A DNA stretch of 64,000 bases from Acidobacteriota bacterium (lineage in GTDB: Bacteria > Acidobacteriota > UBA890 > WLXD01), in assembly GCA_963666215.2 (NCBI GenBank), contig CAXWPL010000005.1, forward strand, positions 1,216,001 to 1,280,000, given 5' to 3'. The position numbers were made by a program, and so were the translations under genes. The number at the start of each line of letters is the position of its first letter. The first letter of the stretch is position 1. The notes under the pieces were generated by a model, which was given only the letters and a program-made list of their open reading frames with translations, did no database searches and had not been told where the DNA came from. Positions 10,717-22,346 of this stretch are shown here, one piece after another.

Positions 10717-11493
10717 CTATCGAACGAAAATCGGAACCGTGTGGCCCAGAAGGGCGTTCACGGCCGGGTTGTCGGTGCGCATCTGTTCGATGATGCCGAT
10801 CGTCGGGATGAAGTTGAGCGTCCGGTGTACCGGCGCCGCCTGCGCCAGTATCGCGTCGAGGTCGGCGCGCGCCTTGCGTATTTGAGACGACTTCGACAGT
10901 CCTCGATAGACCACGATGAACGAAAACTCGCGGTGGTAGTCGGTGCTCTTCAGATCCTGGCCGTAGAGGTACAGCCCCTGGAGCCAGCCGAGGTCCGACC
11001 AGTTCCCTTCCAACGTCCCGATCGAGATGAGGACTTCGTCCAGGCTCATCTTGGTGATGCGACGGGGCTTGGCCGGCGGCGCTGGCGCGGAGGCTTCGGC
11101 CGCCTTGTCCGTGCGCTTGGACTTCGCTGTCGTGGACTTCTTCTTGGTGGCGACCTTCTTCGCCGGAACCTTCTTGGCCGGCTTCTTGGCCGGAGCCTTC
11201 TTGGCCGGCTTCTTGACCGGAGACTTCTTCGCGGGCACCTTCTTGGTCGGCACCCTCTTGGTCGGTGCCTTCTTGGTCGGCGCCTTCTTGGCGGGGGCCT
11301 TCTTCACCCGCTTGGCGGGCTTCTTGGCCGATCCCGTCACCTTCTTGCTGACCTTCTTACTCGCCTTCTTAGCGGGACCGGTGGCTTTGTGGGTAGCTTT
11401 TGCCGCCTTCTTTGACTTCGCGGCCGGCTTCTTGGCGGCTGTTTTCGTCGCCGTCTTTTTCGCCGTCTTCTTTTTGGTTATCTTCTTGGCCAT
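10717..11493 (-). CDS. Histone H1-like K/A/P-rich protein with C-terminal globular domain
   Basis: ~140 aa of KKPA/KKVP repeats followed by a ~110 aa non-repetitive domain. Confidence 0.75.
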   Translation of the reverse strand: MAKKITKKKTAKKTATKTAAKKPAAKSKKAAKATHKATGPAKKASKKVSKKVTGSAKKPAKRVKKAPAKKAPTKKAPTKRVPTKKVPAKKSPVKKPAKKAPAKKPAKKVPAKKVATKKKSTTAKSKRTDKAAEASAPAPPAKPRRITKMSLDEVLISIGTLEGNWSDLGWLQGLYLYGQDLKSTDYHREFSFIVVYRGLSKSSQIRKARADLDAILAQAAPVHRTLNFIPTIGIIEQMRTDNPAVNALLGHTVPIFVR

Positions 11494-11757
11494 GAATATC
11501 GAACCCACGCAGCATGGGCGATTGGGTGGCTTGATTGGGCGATAGCGACCCTGAGTCGAGGAAATACCTGGTATCAACGACCGTATGACAGGCGGCGCCA
11601 ACCCTTGCTCCCATTTGGGTACGCTGCCCTATATCTCGCGGCAGCAGCCGCGCGTCAATGGAGACCCTCGCGTTGGGTCAATTTCGACAAGCCGCGCGCT
11701 CGTTGTCGTGACCGTACGCGTGTTTTCATAGAACTGGTTAGCTATTTATGTCTATTC

Positions 11758-12429
11758 ATGTCTATTCGTGATCGTGTCGAGCTTTTAAAGGCGTTTCGAC
11801 GCAATTTTTCCGCTACTGGAGCCGTTCAGCCGTCGTCGCGATTCATGGCGCGCGCCATGACGGCATCGCTGCGCGACGCGCGCTCTGCCTATCCCGGCCG
11901 CGGGCACGCGATCGTCGAGATGGGACCTGGTACCGGAGCAGTCACCCGCAGCATCGCCGCCGAGATGGGCCCCGACGACACGCTCGACTGCTACGAAATC
12001 GACGCCGGCTTGGCCGCCTATCTTCGCCGCACCATCCAAAGTGAGCCGGCGTACGCCAAAGCGCGAGAGCGGATACACGTCCATTGCCTGCCGGCGCAGG
12101 AGGCCACGTCGGACCAGCCAGTCGACCTCGTGATCTGTAGCGTGCCGTTCAACAATCTCGAACCCGAGCTCGTCGAATCGATCCTGAGAAGTGGTCTTCG
12201 ACTCCTCCACACCTCGGGCTCGCTGACCTACTTCGGATACACCATGCTGCCGCGGTTGCGCCGTCTCTTTGCGACGACCAGCGAGCGTGTCCGCATCGAC
12301 GGCGTTACTCGCGTCAAGAACGAGTTCGCGCGCGGCCACCTGCTGACCACGCAGCTGGTGCTCGCCAACGTGCCTCCGGCTCGTACCGTGACGTTGCGAC
12401 CCAGCCCATCTGGCGGAAACAGCCTCTAG
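11758..12429 (+). CDS. Phospholipid N-methyltransferase (PmtA-like) family
   Basis: TGAVQPSSRFMARAM, VEMGPGTG, NVPPA. Confidence 0.8.
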   Translation: MSIRDRVELLKAFRRNFSATGAVQPSSRFMARAMTASLRDARSAYPGRGHAIVEMGPGTGAVTRSIAAEMGPDDTLDCYEIDAGLAAYLRRTIQSEPAYAKARERIHVHCLPAQEATSDQPVDLVICSVPFNNLEPELVESILRSGLRLLHTSGSLTYFGYTMLPRLRRLFATTSERVRIDGVTRVKNEFARGHLLTTQLVLANVPPARTVTLRPSPSGGNSL

Positions 12430-12456
12430 AAGGGCGGGCGCGCGCCGAGCCGTTGC

Positions 12457-13641
12457 TCAGCCGGCGATGCGGGTCACCGTGTCGAGCAGCGCGTCGATGT
12501 CAGCGACACTGTTCCAAATCCCCGGCGACACGCGCAATCCGTTTTCGCGCAGGCTCACCGCGATGCCACGTTCCGCGCACGCCGCGTGGGCGCGCCGCGT
12601 AGCCTCGGCATCCGGCGCGCCGGAGCCGTCGTCGATCACCAGTCGCAGAATGCTCGATCGCCGCTCTGGTCGAAGGTCGCTCTCGACGCCAACGCGCTCG
12701 GGGAGCCCTGCCAGCAGGCGATCCAACAGTCCCCGCGTGTGCTCGGAGATCCGCTCTACGCCGATTTCCACCAGCATCTCGAGGGAAACCTGCATCGCCG
12801 ACAGGTTGAAGAAGGCCGCCGTCTCGGGCAGATCGAAACGCACCGCCCCGGGACGTGGCCGCGGCTCGAGATCGCGCAACTTGTTGAAGTCGTCGGCACC
12901 GTCGATCGTGAGCCAGTTGAACGAGGCAGGCCGCAGCCGCTCGACCCAGTCTGGGTGCACGTAGCTCAGGCCCGTCCCATAAGGCGCCAACAACCACTTG
13001 TAGCCGGCGATCGCCACCACTCCCGCTCCGCAGGCCCCCACGTCGAGCGGCAACGAGCCTGCCGACTGTGACGCGTCGACGACGAACAGTACGCCGCGGT
13101 CGTTGCATGCCCGCCCGATACGGGTGATATCGAGCACTCTCCCATTGGCGTAATTGACGTGTCCCACTGCGACGACGCGGGTCGAGGCCTTGATGGCTGC
13201 CTCGATCTCGATCTCATCGGGATCGACGAAATCGAGCTCAACACCCTGCGCGCGCAGAGCGATCCACGGCAGGCTGTTGGCGGGAAACTCGCCCCTCGGA
13301 ACAACGACGTGATCGCCCGGGTGCCAGTCGAGCCCACACGACGCCAAGCTGATTCCGTGCGAAGCACCTGAGGCAATTGCCAAGTCGTGGGGTTCGCAGC
13401 CGAGCAGCTGAGAGCCCGCCGCCCGCACCGCAGCCGGCAACTCGAAGTGCGCTCGATCGGGCAGCTGAGACGGATCGCGCTTGGTATCGACCGCTTGTTG
13501 CACGGCAGCAATCGCTCGCCGCGACAGCGGGCAATGATAGGCGCCGTTGAGATAAACAGTCTCGCGCAGATCGAACTCGGAGCTCCAGTCTGCGGTGCTC
13601 GAGCCGAAGCTCGCGGGCGAGATCGATTCTCGGCCGCTCAC
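12457..13641 (-). CDS. Class V aminotransferase (PLP-dependent)
   Basis: YLNGA, VDASQSAG, GYKWLLAP, LRVSP. Confidence 0.9.
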   Translation of the reverse strand: MSGRESISPASFGSSTADWSSEFDLRETVYLNGAYHCPLSRRAIAAVQQAVDTKRDPSQLPDRAHFELPAAVRAAGSQLLGCEPHDLAIASGASHGISLASCGLDWHPGDHVVVPRGEFPANSLPWIALRAQGVELDFVDPDEIEIEAAIKASTRVVAVGHVNYANGRVLDITRIGRACNDRGVLFVVDASQSAGSLPLDVGACGAGVVAIAGYKWLLAPYGTGLSYVHPDWVERLRPASFNWLTIDGADDFNKLRDLEPRPRPGAVRFDLPETAAFFNLSAMQVSLEMLVEIGVERISEHTRGLLDRLLAGLPERVGVESDLRPERRSSILRLVIDDGSGAPDAEATRRAHAACAERGIAVSLRENGLRVSPGIWNSVADIDALLDTVTRIAG

Positions 13642-14495
13642 TCGTCGAGGACTGCGTAAGCGGCGCTGTGCTCCTGGATGATCTCCCAGGCTTCCTCGGC
13701 GGTGTCGGCCCAGCTCAGCAGCTCGATATCACCCGGACTGATGGTGCCGACCTCGATCAGCGTGTCGAAGTTCACGACACCGCGCCAGAAATCGCCGCCC
13801 ATCATGATGATCGGTAGCGGCGGCATCTTCAGAGTTTGGATCAGTGTCAGCGCGGTGAACAGTTCGTCGAGCGTACCGAACCCGCCGGGAAATACCACGA
13901 GGGCCTTCGCTTTGAGCAAGAAGTGCATCTTGCGAATCGCGAAGTAGTGGAAGTTGAAGCAGAGCTCCGGCGTGATGTACGGATTCGGCACCTGCTCGAA
14001 CACGATCTGGATGTTGAAGGCCATCGTCTTGCAGCCCGCTTCGTGCGCACCGCGGTTGGCGGCTTCCATGATCCCCGGCCCTCCCCCCGTGGTGATCACA
14101 CAGCTGGCGGGCGCGTATTCCTTGGCGAGCGACGCGAACCACCGAGCGTCTTCGTAGTAGCGCACCATGTCGCGGTGCTTGCGCGCACGTTCGAGGACAC
14201 CGGCTTGATAGGGGTCTTCGGGCATCGCATCGGGGCCCGCCGCATGGACGGCATCAGCATGCTCGAGCAGCTCCGGCGAGGGCGTACGGGCACTTCCAAA
14301 AACGACAACGGTCGACTCGATCCCCAGCTCGCGCTGCCCGAGCTGCGGTTTCAGGTACTCCAAACCCAGCCGCGTGCCGCGCAGCTCGGAGCGCTCGAGA
14401 AAGTCGAGGTCGCGGTAGGCAAGACGATGGGGCGGCGACTCACTCAACCAGCGAGCACGGTCCTCTGGATCTTCGGGTGGCTCGTGCGACTCCAT
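13638..14495 (-). CDS. LOG family (TIGR00730) nucleotide phosphoribohydrolase
   Basis: VFGSAR, TGGGPGIMEAANRGA, PGGFGTLDE; RBS AGGAG. Confidence 0.9.
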   Translation of the reverse strand: MESHEPPEDPEDRARWLSESPPHRLAYRDLDFLERSELRGTRLGLEYLKPQLGQRELGIESTVVVFGSARTPSPELLEHADAVHAAGPDAMPEDPYQAGVLERARKHRDMVRYYEDARWFASLAKEYAPASCVITTGGGPGIMEAANRGAHEAGCKTMAFNIQIVFEQVPNPYITPELCFNFHYFAIRKMHFLLKAKALVVFPGGFGTLDELFTALTLIQTLKMPPLPIIMMGGDFWRGVVNFDTLIEVGTISPGDIELLSWADTAEEAWEIIQEHSAAYAVLDE

Positions 14496-14578
14496 ATTGG
14501 CTCCTGACGCGACGGATTCTCTGCGGACGTGAGGCTGCGGCGAAGGCCGGCGGCTTTTTTCCAACGACGCTGCGGCAA

Positions 14579-16490
14579 TCAGCCGCGTGTCTGATCGGGC
14601 GGCGACAGGGCGAAGCGGGGACTCATCGTAGGTCGATCGATCCCGACCACGCCAACGTCGCCCGAGCGCAAACGCAACCCCACCCGCACGGGTTCGCTCC
14701 AGTGCGGGTACTCAGGATGGTCGATACCGATCTCGACGATAGCGTAGCGGTCGCCGACGTCGTCGTGTGAACCCCATACGTTTTCCGGAACATCGATTTC
14801 ATAAGACCGCGAACCCGGCGCCGATGCCGATGACCCGGCACGCGCGGATCGTCTATGCGTCGCCGCCGACACCCCCGATACCGTCTGCCCGAGTCCTGCT
14901 GTCACGCCAGCGATCGGCAAGGGTTGGGTCTCGCGATCGGCAAGGTTGTCGAGCGACCACCAGCGCACCGAGTACGCCGGGTACTCCGAGCTCTCCGAGG
15001 CAGAGCCGCGGGCGGCGCCGCTGCGCTCGGCGGCATTCTCGAACCTCAGGGTCGGCAGCGCTCCTTCCTCGGCTGGAAGCTCCACCCGGAATTCATCGAG
15101 CGGGTTGGTGCGCGTAAGCCAGTAGTCCACCGTCTTGTGGAGGCGGGTGATGAGCGTGTCCACCACGTAGGCAGCGGTAGCCGGCTCGCTCATGCGCGCA
15201 TCGCTGACGATGCGCTCGATCATGCGAGAAGTGAACCGACTCATGATCTGCGCCGCCCAGAACGCGTCGGCTGCGTCCATGCGATCGAACGCGGGGTTCG
15301 AGTACTGTGGCTTCCAGCGCCACGGCTCGTAGAAGCCGGCCTCGAAGCGCCCCACACCCGGGTATTCCGGATAGTCGACATGCTCCCAGTCGTCGGTGAG
15401 CAGGCCGAGCCCAACGATCCGCCTGAAGATCTTGTTGAGCTCGACGTAGTGCTCGTAGCCAGCGCGTGCCTCCTGTGCGAAGACGCTACCCGAGCCGAGC
15501 GTCGACCCGAAGTCGATCAGGTAGTGGCGTAGGAAGCGGCTACCGTTCTCCTCGGCGATGCCCGTAAAGGAATTCAAGGAACGCGTATCGTCGTGATTGA
15601 CCCAAGCGCTGAAGGCGCGCGGGCTTCGCAGCTCGCGGCGTCGCTCGTGGGCGAAGATGTCGTTGCGATCGTCGGAACGGGTGCCGTAATACAGATGCGG
15701 GCCAACCGGCCGGGCGCTAATGAATCGGCTTGCCAGCACGCGAATCGTCCCATCGGGCTGCCGGCGCTGCCCAGCGAGCCAGTTGTCGACATCCTGCCGC
15801 AAGATCTCGCGTCGGTGGCCCGTGTAGGCGCGCCAGGTTGAACCCTCCTCGATGACCAAGCTCTCCGGATCCATGAAGAGGATGTAGTTCTCGGGCGTAT
15901 GGAACCCGATGGCGTACAGGAGCTTCGTTCCGATGTACTCCGCGGTTGAAGCCATCTCATGAAAACCGGGTGAGTCGAGCTTGATGACGTAGCGGTCGCC
16001 GCGGGTGTCGCGGGCGAGGAATTTCGGCGTGATCCCGGCACCCGGACGCCCGACAACCGTCAGCGGGCCTGGTGCCGGTCCGTCAACAAGGTTGGCACCG
16101 CGAACGACGGCTTCCTCGGTCATCCCCCCGGTCCCGATTCGATTCGTGAACCAGCTCGAATCGGGCACCTCGCCCAGGGTGTTGATGTTCAGTGCAGGGC
16201 CGTCGCTGCCCGGGGTCGACAGCGTGTTCTGCAGGAAGTCGTAGTCCTGCGACAGCTCGTGTTCCTCGACGTCGACGCCGAGCTCGAGCTTGTCGGGATC
16301 GGCCTGCAGCGGATCGTCCGGATAGAAGCGTCGACCATCCGCCGGCCACCTTCTGCGCACTCGCCGCCGACGCAGCCGACCCGCCGCCAACCAACGCCAG
16401 GACGAGCCCCACCAGGAGCCCGGCCGCGGTCCGCCTACCTCGTCGAGCTGGTTGGCCCGATCGGCTCGATCGACCTGGTTCAGAAGACAT
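14579..16490 (-). CDS. Exported protein with atypical kinase-like motifs; apparent frameshift near 16340
   Basis: Signal peptide read from ATG 16490 in one frame, body in another; GAGITPKF, YVIK, HDDTRSLN, LIDFG. Confidence 0.6.
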
Positions 16491-17804
16491 GATCAAACCG
16501 CAGGATGGGTACCACCCGCCCGTTGCCGAACGCCAGATCGAAGCGGAGAATCGACGTGATGTTGCTGTGCACGCGCAGGCCAAAGCCGTACCTAACCTCG
16601 AGGTCCGCGAGGTCCAGATCGTCGAGCTCGAACGCCACGGTGCCCATGTCCACGAAGCCGGCCATGAACGCGGCCCACCAAACCTGCCAGCGGTACTCAG
16701 CCGAGAGCAGGAACCGGTTGCGATCGCGAAAGCGATACTCCTCCAAGCCACGCAAATCTTGACTGCCTCCCAGCGTGGGCTGGTAGTAGAACGGCACGTC
16801 GTTGCCCGACAGGGGATCTGTAGCCACTAGATTGGCGCGCAGCGCAATCACCCGCCGCTGGTGAAAAAGGGCAGGTACTGGCGAAGGTCCACTTCGAGCC
16901 GTCGGAACGAGAAACGATCGAGATCGCGATCGTGGTAGCGAGCAGCGCGAATCACGTAGTAGCCACCGCTGCGCGGCAGCTGCGGGTTGTCGCGCCAGTC
17001 GTAGTCGATGAAGCCATCGAGGCGCAGGAAATGGCTCTGTTCCGAGAGCGCCGGAATGTCGCTCGGGGCGAACAGCTCGCCGACGTCGGGGTCGTCATCG
17101 GTGCCGGCGCCGATCTTGGGGCTGACGAGCGACAACGAGCCGCCGATTCGAAAGCCGCTCGATCGCGACGACCGAGCTCGCCCGTCGAACCACAGGTCAG
17201 CGCCAAACTCCGTGTCTTCAATCAGGAAGTTGGTCTGGTCCCCTTCCACGCTTCCCGGGCCGAGCCCGAAGAAGCCCAGCTGCGAGTACCTGTAGTAGCG
17301 CCCGTGCAGCCCGGCGGACAGCGGGCTGCCGCCCAGGTTGCGAACCAACACGGCCCCGCCCGCCTGGCGAAAACCTTTCGGGCTCAGCGTCACGGCGGCG
17401 TTCAAGTCGACGCGATTGGCTGCATCCGGGTAGGCGTAGGCAGACCCCACCGCCTCGTCCACAAAGCTCAACCCGAACGCCGGGCCCGCCCCCGGCGGAA
17501 AGCCACCTGTGGCGATCACGAAGCCGCGATATCCGGTCTTGAGCTTCTGAAGGACATAGCGATCCTCGGCGCCGTAGAACTGCCTTCCCCAGAAGGAACG
17601 CGGCGGCGGAGGCAATTCGTCAACCGAACGCGACTCGCGCTGACGACGCAGCAACTCGGCTCGGCTCGGTGCCGTCGATGACGAGGCCGCCTGCTTTCCG
17701 TCGTCGACGACCTGGTGCGGGGGCTCGGCGGCCGAAGCCGCTCCTTGGGGCGGCAGCGCAGCCGATGCGAACAGCAAGACACAGCCCGCGACGCGGCGGG
17801 TCAC
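16480..17804 (-). CDS. Omp85/BamA-TamA family beta-barrel protein; apparent 1-nt deletion near 16862
   Basis: DWRDNPQLPRSG, LGGSQDLRG, AEYRW, terminal Phe; the two ORFs join as YLPFF-x-QRRVIALR. Confidence 0.8.
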
Positions 17805-18676
17805 GAAGCAGCCGCGCTCTCGACACATCGCCATTGCTCATCGATCTGGGACGCGGCCGCCTCGTCCAGCAGCCAGGTAACGCGCCCGTCGGTGGGATAC
17901 ACCGCTGACGCCGGCAACCGCGGCCGCGCCTCGGTACCGCTGCGATCTCGCGAGCCGACCCCTGCGGCGGACTGCCCGACAGTCGGCTCACCCAGCACGT
18001 CCGCCACTCGAGCCGCCTTCGAGGCGCCGCTGACGACAAACAACACCTCTGCGGCCGCATTGAGCACGGGCAGCGTGAGGCTGAGCCGACGTTCCGCCTG
18101 CGTATCGATGGAGCCCGTGGGTATAGCCGTACTCGACGGCCGCTGCGTGGCAACCACCAGCTCCTTGTTCTCGAATGCGGCTGGCGCGCCGGGAAACAGC
18201 GAGGCCGTGTGTCCATCGGCCCCCAACCCCAGGAGAACGAGGTCGAACCTCGGCACTCCGGCGCTCGACAGGGGCAGTTTCTCTCGTAGGGTCGCCGCGT
18301 ACAGCCGCGCTGCGTCCTCCGGCTCGGGCATGTCGGTAGGTATCGGATACACGTGGTCGCGCGCAATCGAGACACGACTCAACAGAGCTTCGTTCGCCAT
18401 ACGATAATTGCTCTTTGCGCACTCCGCGCCGACCCAGCGCTCGTCTCCCCAGAAGGCGCGCACGCGAGACCAGGGTAGCCGCTCCGCCCACGTCGCCGAG
18501 GCCATGAGCTCGTAGAGAGGACGCGGCGTCGAACCGCCGCTCAGGGCAACCGAGAAGCTGCCCGCGCGCTTGGAAGTCGCTCGGGCGAGCTCCGCGATGA
18601 AGGCGGCGCCGGCCAAGGACATCTCCTCCGGGGTCGAGTGAACGAGCACCCGTCGCGGCAACGGTACCGTATTCAC
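17801..18676 (-). CDS. pgl: 6-phosphogluconolactonase
   Basis: ALSGGSTP, WGDERWV, SNY, LGLGADGHTASLFP. Confidence 0.95.
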   Translation of the reverse strand: MNTVPLPRRVLVHSTPEEMSLAGAAFIAELARATSKRAGSFSVALSGGSTPRPLYELMASATWAERLPWSRVRAFWGDERWVGAECAKSNYRMANEALLSRVSIARDHVYPIPTDMPEPEDAARLYAATLREKLPLSSAGVPRFDLVLLGLGADGHTASLFPGAPAAFENKELVVATQRPSSTAIPTGSIDTQAERRLSLTLPVLNAAAEVLFVVSGASKAARVADVLGEPTVGQSAAGVGSRDRSGTEARPRLPASAVYPTDGRVTWLLDEAAASQIDEQWRCVESAAAS

Positions 18677-20355
18677 CGTGCCGGGGTCGGATCGTCAACC
18701 GGAGGTCGCCGCCACAGGCGTCCGCCGCGCGTCATCAGTGCGTCGGCCTCGGGCGGTCCCCAGCTTCCGGCCTGATAGGTCGGCATCGGCGAGGTCGTAT
18801 CGGCCCGCCAGCCGCTAAGGACGGGATCCAGCAGCTCCCAGGCCAGCCGCACAGTGTCACCGCGCGTGAAGAGGGTGGAATCGCCGCCCATGCAATCGTG
18901 CAGCAACCAAACGTAGGCGTCGGCGAGCTCCTGTTGCTGAAACGCGCCGTCGTAATCGAAGTAGAGCTGTACAGGATGCATGTTGATATCGGGCCCGGGC
19001 GCCTTGGCCTGAAAACGTAGCGAGATCGCTTCGTTGGGCTGCAGTCGGAGCGCCAAGAGGTTGGGGCGAAACGCATCGGCAGCAGCCTGCGGAAAAACCA
19101 ACTGCGGCGGCAAGTGGAACTGCACGGCGATCTCGCTCACCTTCGTCGGCATGCGCTTGCCCGAGCGCAGGAAGAACGGCACCCCCTTCCATCGCCAGTT
19201 GTCGATCTCCACGCGCAGGGCGGCAAAGGTCTCGGTGCGCGACCCCTGATCGACATTGGGCTCCTCGAGGTAGCCGAGCGATTCCTCTCCTCTCACGTTC
19301 CCAGCGGTGTACTGAGCACGCACCACGCGCTCCGAGCCCCCCGGGCCGCGTGGCCCGTCGAACGGCCGCAGCGAGAGCAGCAGCTTGGCCTTCTCGTCGC
19401 GGATGGCGCCAGCGCTGAACGCCGCCGGCGGTTCCATTGCGGTCAGCGCCAGCAGCTGCATGAGGTGGTTCTGGAACATGTCACGCACCGCGCCCGAGCG
19501 CTCGTAGTAGCCGCCGCGGCCTTCCATACCGAGCTGCTCGGCCACTGTGATCTGCACGTGATCGATGTAGTGACGATTCCAGATCGGCTCGAAGATGGCG
19601 TTACCGAAGCGCAGCACCAGGATGTTCTGCACTGTCTCCTTGCCGAGATAGTGGTCAATCCGGTAGATCTGCTCCTCGTCGAAAGCACGCCGCAGTCGTT
19701 CGTTCAACGCCGCCGCACTGGAGGCGTCGCGACCAAACGGCTTTTCCACGACGATCCGATCGCGCCCGCCCGGCCCGGTGACAACACCGGAGGCCTCGAG
19801 GCCATCGACGATGGGCACGAAAAAGTCGGGCGACACCGACAGGTAGTGGATCCGCACCGGGTTCTCCACGCCCGAGGCACCCACAACTTCGTCGAGCTTC
19901 TCCTTGAGCACGGCGTACGAAGCGATGTCATTGAGATCGCACTGGGCGTAGCTCATCGAGGCTTCGAGATGTTGCCAGCAGTCGCTCTCGACGGCGACGG
20001 CGCCCTTTCCGCCTGAGCCTTCGGCGCCACCAGCCGCGCCGGACTCACCGCCTCCCTCGGCTTTGTGCAAGGCGATACGCATTTCTTCGCAGAAGCGCGC
20101 ATCGTCCCAGTCGCGCCGTGACACACCGACGACGGCGAACGGCTCCGGCAAACGCCCGTCGCGGCACAGTCGGTACAACGCCGGAATCAGCTTGCGCCGA
20201 ACAAGGTCGCCGCTCGCGCCGAACAGAACAAGAACGCTCGGCTCGGGTCGCTCGGAGTCGACGCTAGCCGCCGATTCCATTGAGCTCGCCACATTCGCTG
20301 GACTCGATGACATGGGCCCCTTCAGCTCTTCGCCTGAACCCGTCGACTCTTCCAT
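18673..20355 (-). CDS. zwf: Glucose-6-phosphate 1-dehydrogenase
   Basis: GASGDL, EKPFG, RIDHYLGKE. Confidence 0.97.
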   Translation of the reverse strand: MEESTGSGEELKGPMSSSPANVASSMESAASVDSERPEPSVLVLFGASGDLVRRKLIPALYRLCRDGRLPEPFAVVGVSRRDWDDARFCEEMRIALHKAEGGGESGAAGGAEGSGGKGAVAVESDCWQHLEASMSYAQCDLNDIASYAVLKEKLDEVVGASGVENPVRIHYLSVSPDFFVPIVDGLEASGVVTGPGGRDRIVVEKPFGRDASSAAALNERLRRAFDEEQIYRIDHYLGKETVQNILVLRFGNAIFEPIWNRHYIDHVQITVAEQLGMEGRGGYYERSGAVRDMFQNHLMQLLALTAMEPPAAFSAGAIRDEKAKLLLSLRPFDGPRGPGGSERVVRAQYTAGNVRGEESLGYLEEPNVDQGSRTETFAALRVEIDNWRWKGVPFFLRSGKRMPTKVSEIAVQFHLPPQLVFPQAAADAFRPNLLALRLQPNEAISLRFQAKAPGPDINMHPVQLYFDYDGAFQQQELADAYVWLLHDCMGGDSTLFTRGDTVRLAWELLDPVLSGWRADTTSPMPTYQAGSWGPPEADALMTRGGRLWRRPPVDDPTPAR

Positions 20356-20357
20356 GA

Positions 20358-22346
20358 CTATCGCTGTGCCGCCGGCCGTGTCGTAGCGCTGAGTGCCGCC
20401 TCACAGGCGGCCAACAGGCGTTCGAGCCCGCCAGAAACGTCGCTGCCGAGGTCCACCCGGAGCACCCGCCTGCGACGATCGCAGAGCGCCATGAAGTCGC
20501 CCAGCGCTTGTGCTCGCGCCAGAACCCCGAAGGTGTACGGACGGCCGGGAATTGGAACGTCCTCAGAATCTGCTGCGGTGATCTGCAAGAAAAGGCCGGT
20601 GGGCGGGCCTCCCTTGTGGAGCTGGCCGGTCGAATGCAGGTAGCGCGGACCCCACCCGGTAGTCGTCGCCGTCCCCAGCGCATCGCGGACCATTGCCCGA
20701 AGCCTTTGCAGCGCCTCCTCGGTCTCCGAGCACGGCGCCAGGAAGGCCTGCAGGGCCACGTAATCGGGCGGGGCAGCGCGACCGAGATGCGCCTGCAGCC
20801 AGTCGGTGAGGTTGGCCGCAGTGGCGGCCCGTTCGGCGAGCTCAGGATCGGCCTCCGACCTGGCAAACAGGCTGATCCCGTCCGCACACCACACCGGGTC
20901 TGGCCCCGGCAGCTCGCCTGTGTTCGCGAACGCGGCAAGCAACTCGGCGGTGCGTTCCTTGGCCTCTCGCACGTTGGGCTCGTCGAAGGGATTGAGACGC
21001 ATCAGCGCCCCCGCCGTTGCCACCGCAAGCTCCCAGCGCAGGAATTCCTGTCCCAGGTCGTAAGGGTCTTCCAGCAGCAGCTCGACAACAGGATGGCCAG
21101 CAGCCTCGAGCTCGTCGAGTAGTTGCTGGCGACGCGCAGCGCCATCTAGGTTGCCAGACTCGGTCTCGCCAGCCAACCGCATGTGAACGAACACTCGATC
21201 CGTGCCGTAGGCATCCACTGCGCCCAGCGGCTCGCGCGCCAGCGGTATCAACCCACGGTTCTGCTTGCCGGTGCTCTCGGCAATGAGCTGCTCGGCCCAA
21301 TCACCGAACGGCGCCAGGCGATCCGAAGTGACGAAGGTCACCTTGTCGCGGCCCCTACGATGACATTCTGCCAGCACAATGCCCAGAAAGATGCCGGGGT
21401 TTACCGCTGCCGACACCTCGGGAGCGCTACGTTGCGCCATCTGCAGAGCTCGCTCGAGCACTTCGCGAACGTCGATACCCATGAACGCCATCGGCACGAG
21501 GCCGAAATACGACAACACCGAGTAGCGACCACCAATGTCGGGTGGGTTGAGCCATATGCGCTCGTAGCCGCGCTCCTTCGCCAACACCTCGAGCTCTGTC
21601 CCGGGGTCGGTCACTGCCACGAAACGTCGACCCGGCTCGGACACGGTCGCCCACTCGTGGAAAGTGTCGGCGAACGACCGCGTCTCGACGGTTCCGCCCG
21701 ATTTGCTCGAAACGATGAAGCTCGTCCGCCCGGGCTCGAGCTCGCGAACGAGGCTGGCCACCGCTCCCGGAACGGTACTGTCGAGAACCTGGAAACCCAC
21801 GATTCCGAACACGCGCTGGGCGACCTCCGCGCCGAGGCTGCTGCCGCCCATTCCGAGCAGCACTGTGCGTGCCACAGGTGCCCGCTCGGGCGGCTCGGGC
21901 CCGTCTGAGAGCTCCGGTGGGTCATCACTGGGCCGAGCTTGATCGCCGGCGCGTGGTCTCTCTTCGACGAAACGCAGAAGTGGCGCGCACTGCTGGAGCA
22001 TCGACCCGGCTATATCCAGCCAGCCAAGCCGGTTGCGAATGGCGGCGCGCTCGCGATCGCCCTGTACATCGGCGCCGCGGACATCGCCCGCGTCTCCGGC
22101 CGGCGCGTCGTAGCTCCACAGTCGCGCCTTGCCCGACCACAGGTGCTGGCCGAACTGAGAATCGTCGAGCGAGGAGGCAGTTTTTCGTATGGCCGCGGCC
22201 AACTCGCCCAGCCGGTAGGTCTCGCGCTCGAAGTGCGTCGACCGGTCACTCGCGGGATGGGCGGACGCCTCCGCCTCGGTTTCGCCCACTTGCGCAGGCT
22301 GCCCCTCCGGTGCCGGGGGACGAAGAGGGTTTGCGCCGCCGCTCAA
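20358..22346 (-). CDS. pgi: Glucose-6-phosphate isomerase (resembles PGI half of Tal/Pgi fusions)
   Basis: [47 protein letters not shown]. Confidence 0.9.
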   Translation of the reverse strand: MSGGANPLRPPAPEGQPAQVGETEAEASAHPASDRSTHFERETYRLGELAAAIRKTASSLDDSQFGQHLWSGKARLWSYDAPAGDAGDVRGADVQGDRERAAIRNRLGWLDIAGSMLQQCAPLLRFVEERPRAGDQARPSDDPPELSDGPEPPERAPVARTVLLGMGGSSLGAEVAQRVFGIVGFQVLDSTVPGAVASLVRELEPGRTSFIVSSKSGGTVETRSFADTFHEWATVSEPGRRFVAVTDPGTELEVLAKERGYERIWLNPPDIGGRYSVLSYFGLVPMAFMGIDVREVLERALQMAQRSAPEVSAAVNPGIFLGIVLAECHRRGRDKVTFVTSDRLAPFGDWAEQLIAESTGKQNRGLIPLAREPLGAVDAYGTDRVFVHMRLAGETESGNLDGAARRQQLLDELEAAGHPVVELLLEDPYDLGQEFLRWELAVATAGALMRLNPFDEPNVREAKERTAELLAAFANTGELPGPDPVWCADGISLFARSEADPELAERAATAANLTDWLQAHLGRAAPPDYVALQAFLAPCSETEEALQRLRAMVRDALGTATTTGWGPRYLHSTGQLHKGGPPTGLFLQITAADSEDVPIPGRPYTFGVLARAQALGDFMALCDRRRRVLRVDLGSDVSGGLERLLAACEAALSATTRPAAQR

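Noticed and set aside
11027-11545. Hydrophobic FLAG/FFA-repeat 'membrane proteins' on the + strand (also 37480)
   Set aside because: Antisense shadows of the lysine-rich genes.
12457-13641. Selenocysteine lyase tied to the selenoproteins
   Set aside because: No NifS/SufS catalytic Cys loop seen, and it is over 20 kb from the Sec genes.
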